Source: Candidatus Woesebacteria bacterium RBG_16_42_24
GTDB taxonomy: Bacteria; Patescibacteriota; Microgenomatia; UBA8517
Reading direction: 5' to 3'
Assembly (NCBI GenBank): GCA_001792115.1
Contig: MGFX01000006.1
Span: forward strand, 18,537-82,536
DNA length: 64,000 nt
Shown here: piece after piece, positions 57,391 through 64,000 of the stretch
How the letters are laid out: each line of letters starts with the position of its first letter
How positions within the stretch are numbered: the stretch's first letter is position 1
Notes under the pieces: generated by a model
Database searches by the model: none
What the model was told of the DNA's origin: nothing
Seen by the model: only the letters and a program-made list of their open reading frames with translations
Position numbers and translations under genes: made by a program

Positions 57391-57461
57391 CAGGGCTGCC
57401 AGGATTTGAACCTGGAAGAGCGGTTTTGGAGACCGCCATGATACCATTTCATCACAGCCCT
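57391..57461 (-). tRNA. tRNA-Trp (anticodon CCA)
   Basis: Reverse complement: acceptor AGGGCTG/CAGCCCT, anticodon arm GCGGT-CTCCAAA-ACCGC, T-arm CCAGG-TTCAAAT-CCTGG. Confidence 0.8.
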
Positions 57462-57600
57462 AAAAAATCAGCGGTTTTTGCTTGCCCTCCGTAACTTTAG
57501 TGAAGGAGGGGAGACCTCCGGCCTACCACTGACCGACACCCCTAAATCGAATAACAGCCTATTTTACTTCAAATTAGATAGAACCTCAAACCATACCCGT

Positions 57601-57630
57601 GTGCTCATGTATGATAAGATGATATATCAT
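57601..57630. repeat. 30-bp direct repeat, copy 1, containing the perfect palindrome ATGATATATCAT (operator-like)
   Basis: gtgctcatgtatgataagatgatatatcat; copy 2 at 58048-58076. Confidence 0.8.
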
Positions 57631-57658
57631 ACACCAGGCTGTGTTGGGTCGGGTTGAA

Positions 57659-58054
57659 TCAAAAGGGAGTTATTTTCTTGAGCAGGCTTCTTTTTGAAAG
57701 GTCTAAGTTCTTCAAGAAATCTTTTGTTAATTCCTTTGCGAAGGTTAACTTCAATTTTCTCATAAGCAAATTTTTGTCTCCCTCTGGGACCAATTTAGTT
57801 TGTAATCTAAACCGTGAGATTGTCTGTCTAGTGGTTTTTATTGTACCCGCGACTTCTTCTGGGCTATAGCCAAGTTCCAGTAGAAGAATTATTCCTGCCC
57901 TCTTTTTAAGCATCGCAATTTCAGTTTCAGATAGGAGAGTGTTGAGAATTTTAAATGTTTCGGAACCATCCAATTTATAAAATGCAGCTTTAATAAACTC
58001 TTGAAGTACTTTTTCGGTATGTGGGGCCAGTTTCTTCCGGGAAACGTGTGTCAT
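57659..58054 (-). CDS. TrpR/YerC-like helix-turn-helix DNA-binding protein
   Basis: LELGYSPEEVAGTIKTTRQTISRFR HTH; about 130 aa; start codon sits inside repeat copy 2. Confidence 0.45.
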   Translation of the reverse strand: MTHVSRKKLAPHTEKVLQEFIKAAFYKLDGSETFKILNTLLSETEIAMLKKRAGIILLLELGYSPEEVAGTIKTTRQTISRFRLQTKLVPEGDKNLLMRKLKLTFAKELTKDFLKNLDLSKRSLLKKITPF

Positions 58055-58076
58055 GTATGATAAGATGATATATCAT
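58048..58076. repeat. 30-bp direct repeat, copy 2, overlapping the HTH gene start and promoter region
   Basis: gtgtcatgtatgataagatgatatatcat. Confidence 0.8.
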
Positions 58077-58121
58077 CAACAGGCGAAGTCAATCATTAAT
58101 AGCTACCGTAAGGTACTACCT

Positions 58122-58295
58122 CTATTTGAGGTTGGTAGATTCTTTGTGGAGTTGATATTTTCTACAGTTTGAGCAATGTTTTTTTAGCTCAAGTTTTCCT
58201 TCAATATTGAGTTTATTCCGCGTGGTCACGTAGTTTTGTGATTTACAGACGGAACAAATCATAGCAACAATTTCCCTGGCTCCTTTTTTTGCCAT
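58122..58295 (-). CDS. rpmG: 50S ribosomal protein L33 (57 aa; below the ORF-track cutoff)
   Basis: Manual translation: MAKKGAREIVAMICSVCKSQNYVTTRNKLNIEGKLELKKHCSNCRKYQLHKESTNLK (Cys4 zinc ribbon). Confidence 0.75.
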   Translation of the reverse strand: MAKKGAREIVAMICSVCKSQNYVTTRNKLNIEGKLELKKHCSNCRKYQLHKESTNLK

Positions 58296-58388
58296 ACGCT
58301 GGATATTCTACACGAAGAGGCTAGATCCAACAAGATGGAGCCGAGGGTGGGAATCGGATGCCGAAGGCAGGACTTCGGCCCCCACGAC

Positions 58389-58634
58389 CTAGCTATCAAT
58401 TAGCTTCCGCATCAACATGTTTCCTTCTCCGGTATTTTTGAAGTACCACTCACGCTTTAAGGCTTCGATTTTAGAACTATATGTTTCTTTATAGATCAAT
58501 ATAAACGGTATCCTGGCTTTTGTTGATTTCGATTGACCATTGTTATGCTGTCTAAGTCGTCTCTTAAGGTTGTCGGTGGTTCCTATATAGAGGTTATGGT
58601 CTTTTTGACTTCTTAGGATATAAAGATAGTGCAT
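58389..58634 (-). CDS. GIY-YIG nuclease family small protein
   Basis: YLYILRSQKDHNLYIGTTDNLKRRLRQH...W. Confidence 0.7.
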   Translation of the reverse strand: MHYLYILRSQKDHNLYIGTTDNLKRRLRQHNNGQSKSTKARIPFILIYKETYSSKIEALKREWYFKNTGEGNMLMRKLIDS

Positions 58635-58638
58635 CCGG

Positions 58639-58711
58639 AGCCTGGATCGGGGATCGGACCCGAGACCTCGTTCTTACCAAGAACGCGCTCTGCCAACTGA
58701 GCTACCCAGGC
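58639..58711 (-). tRNA. tRNA-Thr (anticodon GGU); the T-arm is atypical
   Basis: Reverse complement GCCTGGGTAGCTCAGTTGGCAGAGCGCGTTCTTGGTAAGAACG...; acceptor pairs with TCCAGGC; T-loop TCCGATC is non-canonical. Confidence 0.55.
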
Positions 58712-58797
58712 AATGTGCGGGCTACTTGAGCCACCTCGGCGAGTCTAATGAGCCAGGTGCCAGTGGCTAATTTGATTACCACTGAGCCACCTCGGAT
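58712..58797 (-). pseudogene. tRNA fragment debris: two copies of a tRNA 5' fragment (CCGAGGTGGCTCA[A/G]...)
   Basis: tgagccacctcgg occurs twice (58721-58733 and 58783-58795); acceptor/D-arm-like GGTGGCTCAGTGGTAA with no matching 3' half. Confidence 0.4.
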
Positions 58798-58870
58798 TGG
58801 TGCTGGGACTAGGATTCGAACCTAGGTAGCTCTTTCGAGCGTCAGATTTATCCCGTATAAAGCTTCGCTT
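58798..58870 (-). pseudogene. truncated tRNA (the 3' two-thirds of a tRNA-Tyr-like gene with an encoded CCA, lacking a 5' acceptor strand)
   Basis: Reverse complement ...TAAATCTGACGCTCGAAAGAGCTACCTAGGTTCGAATCCTAGTCCCAGCACCA parallels tRNA-Tyr from the anticodon loop to the 3' end; the required 5' GCTGGGA is absent. Confidence 0.5.
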
Positions 58871-58892
58871 TTACGGGACAAGCACTCTGGTG

Positions 58893-58977
58893 TGCCAAGG
58901 CCAGGATTCGAACCTGGGTAGCCCTTTCGGGCGTCAGATTTACAGTCTGATGCGATTGCCCACTCCGCCACCTTGGC
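58893..58977 (-). tRNA. tRNA-Tyr (anticodon GUA), long variable arm
   Basis: Reverse complement GCCAAGGTGGCGGAGTGGGCAATCGCATCAGACTGTAAATCTGACGCCCGAAAGGGCTACCCAGGTTCGAATCCTGGCCTTGGCA. Confidence 0.8.
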
Positions 58978-59083
58978 TTAGCTAATTTTTTATGCGATTG
59001 CTTGCCCCGTTTTCGCCGGAGGCGAATTTTCTGGGTCCGCTCCCTGCCTGCCGGCAGGCAGGCGCCATCCCAGCCCTCCGGTT

Positions 59084-59155
59084 TCTCTCCGGGAGCCGAC
59101 GAGTGGGATTGAACCACTGACCTTCGCTTTACAAAAGCGTTGCTCTACCGCTGAG
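59084..59155 (-). tRNA. tRNA-Thr (anticodon UGU)
   Basis: Reverse complement GCCGACGTAGCTCAGCGGTAGAGCAACGCTTTTGTAAAGCGAAGGTCAGTGGTTCAATCCCACTCGTCGGCT. Confidence 0.8.
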
Positions 59156-59199
59156 CTACGTCGGCTTGACAGATGAATTATAACAGCATTCAAGAAGAC

Positions 59200-59290
59200 C
59201 CCCAAATATTATTTGGAGGATGAATTGAACGCTGATATGTCATCCTCCCTTAAGGGAGACCCCACACTTTCAGTGTGGGAGGATGTCATA
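59200..59290. ncRNA. conserved multi-hairpin structured element, copy 2
   Basis: Same conserved arms as 28746-28836; its hairpins are ccaaat-att-atttgg; ctccc-ttaa-gggag; cccacact-ttc-agtgtggg. Confidence 0.45.
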
Positions 59291-59382
59291 GCAGAAAATG
59301 AGGCTTCTCCGAAGCTCCAAGGGATTTATTTTAAGTTTTCTTTCCCGGTATTTTTTTGAAAAGAAATACCGAGTAGCATTTT

Positions 59383-59527
59383 GACCCTGCTTCAGGATCG
59401 GGCAAAACTGTCCTGGAAAACTTCCAGGTGGGTGAGCTGCCCCGTACCATTACGGTGCAGGGACTCCGCCCTCCCGATTGAAAACGTGGTCAGGATAGTT
59501 TTGCCTCGGTACCCCTTAGCAGGGTCA
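59383..59527 (-). ncRNA. candidate SRP RNA (4.5S-like) or another long-hairpin structured RNA
   Basis: 145-nt imperfect hairpin closed by gaccctgc/gcagggtc and ggcaaaactgtcctg/caggatagttttgcc; on the minus strand, a GUAA tetraloop with flanking GGCGGAGUCC and GGGGCAGCUC resembling SRP domain IV (GGUCAGGUCC / GGAAGCAGCC). Confidence 0.3.
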
Positions 59528-59565
59528 CTTATATTGTAACAAATGGGGTCAAGGGCGGAAAGTCT

Positions 59566-60222
59566 CTAAATTATCGATGAGGCTGGAGTAAGTAAATTTA
59601 AAAGAAAATTGATAATGGGAGAGATTACTATTGATACCAAAGATGCTCCTCCAAAAGTAGGAAATATGATGAAAAAGAGAATTATCATTCCGTAGCGAGA
59701 AAGGAAGAGATCGGTCTCTCTGGCTTCCTTGGGTGGCAGAAGTCCGACCAATATTTTTCCTCCATCCAGAGGATGAATGGGGATAAGGTTGAAAATGGCT
59801 AGAGCAACATTGATAACGATAAAAGGGAGGGCCAGGCCATAGAAGAATGAAGCTGGAGAGAAAGGGGAGTAGGTTAGCCTAAAAATTAGAGAGATTAACA
59901 CGGCTAAAATAAGGTTGGAGGAAGGTCCAGCTAAAGAAATGAGAGCCGAGTCTCGTCTGGGATTTGCCAGATTATACGGATCAAAGCGCACTGGTTTTGC
60001 CCAGCCGAAGGGGATAACAGGAAACCCTAAGGCTCGCAAGAGAACCAGTATAAAAAGTAGCGTGGTTCCTATTGGGTCATAATGTACAATGGGGTTTAGA
60101 GAAAGCCTTCCTTCGAGCCTAGGTGTGGGGTCTCCGAGCCTATCCGCAACAAAAGCGTGGGCGGCTTCGTGAATTGTGATAGCAACGACAAAAGCCAGAA
60201 TCCAGAAAGCAATGGTAATCAT
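59566..60222 (-). CDS. site-2 protease (M50) family membrane metalloprotease
   Basis: HEAAHAF in a transmembrane helix and NLIPIHPLDGG; start placed at MITIAFW; the ORF-track TTG start at 60324 translates through leader motif copy B. Confidence 0.65.
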   Translation of the reverse strand: MITIAFWILAFVVAITIHEAAHAFVADRLGDPTPRLEGRLSLNPIVHYDPIGTTLLFILVLLRALGFPVIPFGWAKPVRFDPYNLANPRRDSALISLAGPSSNLILAVLISLIFRLTYSPFSPASFFYGLALPFIVINVALAIFNLIPIHPLDGGKILVGLLPPKEARETDLFLSRYGMIILFFIIFPTFGGASLVSIVISPIINFLLNLLTPASSII

Positions 60223-60257
60223 TGTCAGTAAAAAGTATTCATAGTATAATGTTCGGT

Positions 60258-60355
60258 CAACCAGTATTCCAGTACTCCAGTCAGACCAGTAAACCGGTAA
60301 ACTGGAAAACTGGTGAACCGACAAACCGGAATACTGGGATACCGGATTACTGAAT
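60258..60355 (+). promoter_or_regulatory. AT-rich dyad-symmetric leader motif (copy B) between a TATAAT -10 element (60246-60251) and the rpmB start
   Basis: aaccagtattccagtactccagtcagaccagtaaaccggtaaactggaaaactgg... Confidence 0.45.
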
Positions 60356-60358
60356 TTT

Positions 60359-60610
60359 ATGAGCTACATCTGTGACAATTGCGGGAAATCTATTGTAGTC
60401 GGCCGTAGCCAGAGGCACGGCAGGGGTGTTGCGGGTAAAAGGTGGAGGAAGCGCGCCCAGAAAACAATGAGGCTTTTTAAGCCCAACCTGCAAAAAGTTT
60501 CTGTGCTAGTTTCTGGAAAGAAAGTTTCGATGAAGCTATGTACAAGGTGCCTCAAAAGATTTAAGAAGGATGGTAAAATTCCTTCCTACACAAGCGCGGC
60601 AATAGGATAA
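60359..60610 (+). CDS. rpmB: 50S ribosomal protein L28
   Basis: CDNCGK...CTRC zinc ribbon and RSQRHGRGVAGKRWRKRAQ. Confidence 0.8.
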   Translation: MSYICDNCGKSIVVGRSQRHGRGVAGKRWRKRAQKTMRLFKPNLQKVSVLVSGKKVSMKLCTRCLKRFKKDGKIPSYTSAAIG

Positions 60611-61536
60611 CCTCTCTTAAATTCTTCCCAAGAAACAGGGTTTTTTCCCTCGAGCTGGACTTCGTCAAGGATTAGCGTATAGCGTTTAGGGGATAGGGAT
60701 TCGGCGTGTGCTTTTAGGATTTTTAGTCTTTTGGCTTGCCCTTCCGAAGCCGAAAGGCGAAGGAGGGTCCACGCCCCGGGCCAGGGGTCCATAGCGCGAA
60801 TAAAACAATCTAGGGTATAGGGGGTGGGGTGTAGGGAATAGTCTTTGATGAAAGGAATTTTCCAAGTAGCTTTCAAGGACCGTCCCTGCAAGCATGCGGC
60901 AAGGTATTCAGCAGGGATGAAACCGTGACCTTTTTTAACCAAGGTAGTATAGGTCGCCTCGTCGTGATTTTGTTCGCGAAGTTTGACTTTCCCTTGAGTA
61001 AAGGCGGGGATTAAAGCGACAACAACTTCGGCCGACCTTTCAAAGAGCCTTTTTCTTAAAGTTTCCAAGGTGTCGGAAGCTAATATGTCTTCGCTGAATT
61101 GAGAAACAACTAGACCGTGGTCCATTAGCTCGTCAATCTTGATTATCGAAACGCCGGTTTTTGCCTCGCCCATTGCAATTGCTGCCTGAATCGGGGAGGC
61201 ACCACGATATTTAGGAAGAAGGGAAGGATGGATATTTAAAATGCCAAATTTCAAATTTCTAATTGCAGATTCTGGAACGATTTCCCCATAGGCTGCTAAA
61301 ATTCCCAGATCCGCTGGAGGAACTTTTTCGGGGCCATAAATAACCGGAATATCTTTTTTATATGCCCAGGTATCAACGGGCGAGTAAGTTAGTTTTTGAT
61401 CCCTGCCAACGGGCTTTGGTTTTTGGGTTACTACGGTAATAATTCCAGATTCCATTGAACGGTCCTTGAAGGTTTTGTGCAGCAAATTTAAAACAAGAAG
61501 AACGTAATCCGGGGTTCCAAAGAAAACGATTTTCAT
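60586..61536 (-). CDS. fmt: methionyl-tRNA formyltransferase
   Basis: KIVFFGTPDY... and LNIHPSLLPKYRGASPIQAAI. Confidence 0.9.
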   Translation of the reverse strand: MKIVFFGTPDYVLLVLNLLHKTFKDRSMESGIITVVTQKPKPVGRDQKLTYSPVDTWAYKKDIPVIYGPEKVPPADLGILAAYGEIVPESAIRNLKFGILNIHPSLLPKYRGASPIQAAIAMGEAKTGVSIIKIDELMDHGLVVSQFSEDILASDTLETLRKRLFERSAEVVVALIPAFTQGKVKLREQNHDEATYTTLVKKGHGFIPAEYLAACLQGRSLKATWKIPFIKDYSLHPTPYTLDCFIRAMDPWPGAWTLLRLSASEGQAKRLKILKAHAESLSPKRYTLILDEVQLEGKNPVSWEEFKRGYPIAALV

Positions 61537-62075
61537 ATATCAACTTCTTCCCACTCGTCGTCACTTGCAAGTTTATATAGCTTCTTCTTTTGTTCAAGAA
61601 GCCTATCTACAAAAAGCACACCGTTTAGATGGTCAACTTCGTGCTGAATGATTTGGGCCAGAAATCCTTTAATGGTTTTAGTTTTTTGGGCTCCTTCCTC
61701 GCTTCGGTAGTTAACCGTAACACTTCCCGACCTTTCGAGGGGACCATAGTAGTTGGGTAGGGAAAGACACCCTTCCATTATTTTCCCTTTCTCCGGAGAT
61801 TTCCTTATTGGCCCCCGGGAGGTAATTTCGGGGTTAATAAAAATTTCTGAAGCTTCCTTATGGCTTATATAAAAGATTCTTAGGCTTTTACCGATTTGGG
61901 GCGCGGCCAAACCCACTCCTTCGGGGTCTTTTTGAACATTAAGTGTATCTTTGAGGTCTTTCACCACATCCTTAATCTTTTTGTCTATCGCGCCTACGGG
62001 TTTTGCAACTTGTCTTAAAAAGGGGTCTTTGGCTTCTAATATTTTTCTGACCATATCAGATATAATATCACCCAA
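61533..62075 (-). CDS. def: peptide deformylase
   Basis: GVGLAAPQIG, EGCLSLP and HEVDHLNG motifs. Confidence 0.9.
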   Translation of the reverse strand: MGDIISDMVRKILEAKDPFLRQVAKPVGAIDKKIKDVVKDLKDTLNVQKDPEGVGLAAPQIGKSLRIFYISHKEASEIFINPEITSRGPIRKSPEKGKIMEGCLSLPNYYGPLERSGSVTVNYRSEEGAQKTKTIKGFLAQIIQHEVDHLNGVLFVDRLLEQKKKLYKLASDDEWEEVDI

Positions 62076-62077
62076 AC

Positions 62078-63880
62078 CTATTTTTCTGTAATTTCGTGAA
62101 GCTCTTGCTGTGTAAGTGCATCGTCGGGGTCTATCTGCTCAAGGATGTATCGCAGTTCTCTTTCGGCATCTAACTTACGACCTGTGTTTACATATAGTAG
62201 TGCTAGGGCAAACCTCGCGTCTCGGTAATTATCCTTAAGTTCAACCGTTTTTTCTAGTGCGAGGACTGCGTCACTTGTTTGCCCAATTCTTGCGTAGGCA
62301 AGACCCAAGTTGTAATAAAGTTTTGCATCGGTCGGAGAATATTTTGCCTCGAGAAGCATAGTATCTTTAGCATCGTGCATATAGATTGGATCAAATATTG
62401 ATAGTCTAATCAAGACACTGGTGAGCCCTCTTACAAGTAGTAGGTTTCTGGGTGCAAGCTTAACTGCATCTTGGGAGAATTTGATTGCCTCTTGGGAGAG
62501 TTTTTTAGCTTCGTTTTTATTACCCTCTTCGTTTAAGGCAAGAGCTTCGAATGATATCAGCTGGGCAAGCTCATTTAGGTAAATAGCCTCTTTGGGCGAG
62601 AGAGAAATAGCCTGTGTCATTGCCCCCTTTGCCTCCGAGAAATTTTTTTCGTCGCCCAACATTTTCCCTTTAGCGAAAAGAAAATCAGCGTACCAGTATT
62701 TGGAGATAGAGTAAAAGAGTGAAATGGCGAAAAGGGAAATGATAGTAAGGCCGACCATTTGAAATGCCGAAACATTTTGTTTCTTATACTCTTTTACCTT
62801 TTCACCTTCTTGCCCTAGCCCAACGGCGATTGCCGGAAAAAAGAAGAATAAAAGCGAGGTGGTTGTAGTCGCGAAACCGAAGAAATTGGCAACCAAAATT
62901 CCGCCATAACCTGCTCCAAGAGCATATTTTAATGGGTTATGAGATTTAAAAATGAGTAAAACAGAGAAAACAATAAGAGTAAAATATGCTAATAAACCTA
63001 CCGTACCCGTGGTCGCAGCATAATTGAGGTACTCATTGTGGGCTTTGTTGAAAAGAAAATCCCACTCAGAAACCTTATTTAGCTCTTTGGGCCGGAATTC
63101 ATAGAAGGAATAGGCGAATGTTTCAACCCCACTGCCAAAGTAAGGATAATGTTTCCAGATTTCGATGGCTCCATTCCAGACGATTTTTCTGATTTCACCG
63201 GACTCTGTTCCACCGGGATCAGGTGGGATTATCTCCTCCTTACTACTCGGGAGACTTTTAGTAAGTAAATTTTCTAGGCTCGGAGTCCAAGGGGTACCGA
63301 TTATGAAAGAAATAAGTAATAAGGAAGAAGTAATAAGTAGAAATTTTTTTAAAAGAGACCTCGGGGTTCTTTCTCCGAATAATTTTAGTCCTACCCAGAA
63401 GATTAAAAAAGAAATTGCAAAGCCAAGTATGCCCGAACGGGATTTGGTATAAAGAAGGACAATAAAGAAGATTATCGATAGTCCCCACCAAACCAACCGT
63501 TTAGTTTTTAGGGAAAAAGCCAAAGTAAGGGGAATTAAGGCGATTAAAAATGTAGCCAGCCAATTGGGTTGACCTAGAGTTGAAAAGACCCTATTTTGGA
63601 CGTCTTGGACCCAAAGATTTTTGTCTACCCCGAAATGCTGTAAAACGCCATAGAGGCAAACTAAGAAAGCCCCTGCAAAAAGAAAGTAAAGGGATTTGCG
63701 GGTAGACTTTGCATTCATGTTTGATACAAACGCCCAATAAAGTAGGCAATAGGCGAGTAAGGATACGAGCCCTCCGTTAAATCTGCCGTAATAGCCAAGA
63801 AGCGAAGTGTGTCTATCGATAGAAACCAAAAAACTCAAAAATTGAGAACCCAAAAAGATCAGAAGGGGTAAGTCCAACAT
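62078..63880 (-). CDS. O-antigen-ligase-like polytopic membrane protein with C-terminal TPR repeats
   Basis: N-terminal ~400 aa with ten or more transmembrane helices; C-terminal TPR-like repeats (LAYARIGQ..., FALALLYVNTGR...). Confidence 0.6.
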   Translation of the reverse strand: MLDLPLLIFLGSQFLSFLVSIDRHTSLLGYYGRFNGGLVSLLAYCLLYWAFVSNMNAKSTRKSLYFLFAGAFLVCLYGVLQHFGVDKNLWVQDVQNRVFSTLGQPNWLATFLIALIPLTLAFSLKTKRLVWWGLSIIFFIVLLYTKSRSGILGFAISFLIFWVGLKLFGERTPRSLLKKFLLITSSLLLISFIIGTPWTPSLENLLTKSLPSSKEEIIPPDPGGTESGEIRKIVWNGAIEIWKHYPYFGSGVETFAYSFYEFRPKELNKVSEWDFLFNKAHNEYLNYAATTGTVGLLAYFTLIVFSVLLIFKSHNPLKYALGAGYGGILVANFFGFATTTTSLLFFFFPAIAVGLGQEGEKVKEYKKQNVSAFQMVGLTIISLFAISLFYSISKYWYADFLFAKGKMLGDEKNFSEAKGAMTQAISLSPKEAIYLNELAQLISFEALALNEEGNKNEAKKLSQEAIKFSQDAVKLAPRNLLLVRGLTSVLIRLSIFDPIYMHDAKDTMLLEAKYSPTDAKLYYNLGLAYARIGQTSDAVLALEKTVELKDNYRDARFALALLYVNTGRKLDAERELRYILEQIDPDDALTQQELHEITEK

Positions 63881-64000
63881 TGTGCGACGAAATATTACTT
63901 TTCTGACATAGATGATTCTTGTCAGCCAGAAAAAGGTTACGAGAGCCGTAATCAGATAGATAAATATAATTTTGTTAAATTCAAAAAGTTCAGAGGTTTT

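Noticed and set aside
58848-59205. Two minus-strand ORFs (89 and 71 aa) across the tRNA-Tyr/tRNA-Thr region
   Set aside because: They overlap tRNA genes and GC-rich hairpins and have no coding features.
60223-60324. N-terminal extension of the M50 protease ORF (track start at 60324, translated as MSVHQFSSLPVYWSDWSTGILVD)
   Set aside because: This is the reverse-strand read-through of leader motif copy B from a non-ATG start. The conserved protein begins at MITIAFW.
1-64000. CRISPR arrays, rRNA genes, integrase/transposase genes
   Set aside because: None of these features were found: no regularly spaced short repeats with unique spacers, no 16S/23S/5S signatures, and no ORF with a recombinase or transposase motif.

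Overview
This is an AT-rich (~40% GC), gene-dense bacterial window whose content looks like a small-genome Patescibacteria/CPR-type organism. That lineage call is inferred from gene content and style, not from a search.

The main content is as follows.
- Core genes: mreB, a broken secE-nusG-rplK-rplA-rplJ-rplL ribosomal cluster, rnhB, rpsU, rpmG, rpmB, fmt-def, and a site-2 protease.
- tRNAs: Pro, Arg, Trp, two Thr and Tyr, plus tRNA fragment debris.
- A large surface-glycan locus at about 5.7-32.7 kb: WecB/TagA glycosyltransferase, sulfatase and alkaline-phosphatase-family enzymes, an ATP-grasp/PLP-decarboxylase/methyltransferase decoration set, Wzm/Wzt exporter, three GT4 glycosyltransferases and several O-antigen-ligase-like membrane proteins.
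- A trio of ATP-grasp ligases, one fused to a retropepsin-like protease.
- Many secreted and membrane-anchored hypothetical proteins.

The most notable accessory signal is three diverged paralogous two-gene modules, each a small ~75-96 aa protein overlapping a ~205 aa minimal nucleotidyltransferase of AbiEii/DUF1814 type.
- Module 1 (6910-7735) is flanked by a duplicated 3' end of an upstream HTH gene, plus a fragment of fmt.
- Modules 2 and 3 (28846-29707 and 29833-30739) lie in an array of cassettes. Each cassette ends in a regenerated ~45-bp copy of the 3' end of an O-antigen-ligase gene.
- This points to a mobile, site-specifically inserting toxin-antitoxin or abortive-infection-like cassette family with a non-canonical short partner protein.

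Other repeats and structured elements:
- A conserved multi-hairpin element, in two copies, whose stems differ by compensatory changes.
- A ~90-nt dyad-symmetric leader motif immediately upstream of three unrelated genes that lack a Shine-Dalgarno sequence.
- A duplicated promoter-plus-start-codon block.
- A TrpR-like regulator bracketed by palindrome-bearing 30-bp repeats next to tRNA-Trp.
- A candidate SRP-RNA-like hairpin.

No CRISPR array, rRNA gene or recognisable integrase was found in the window.
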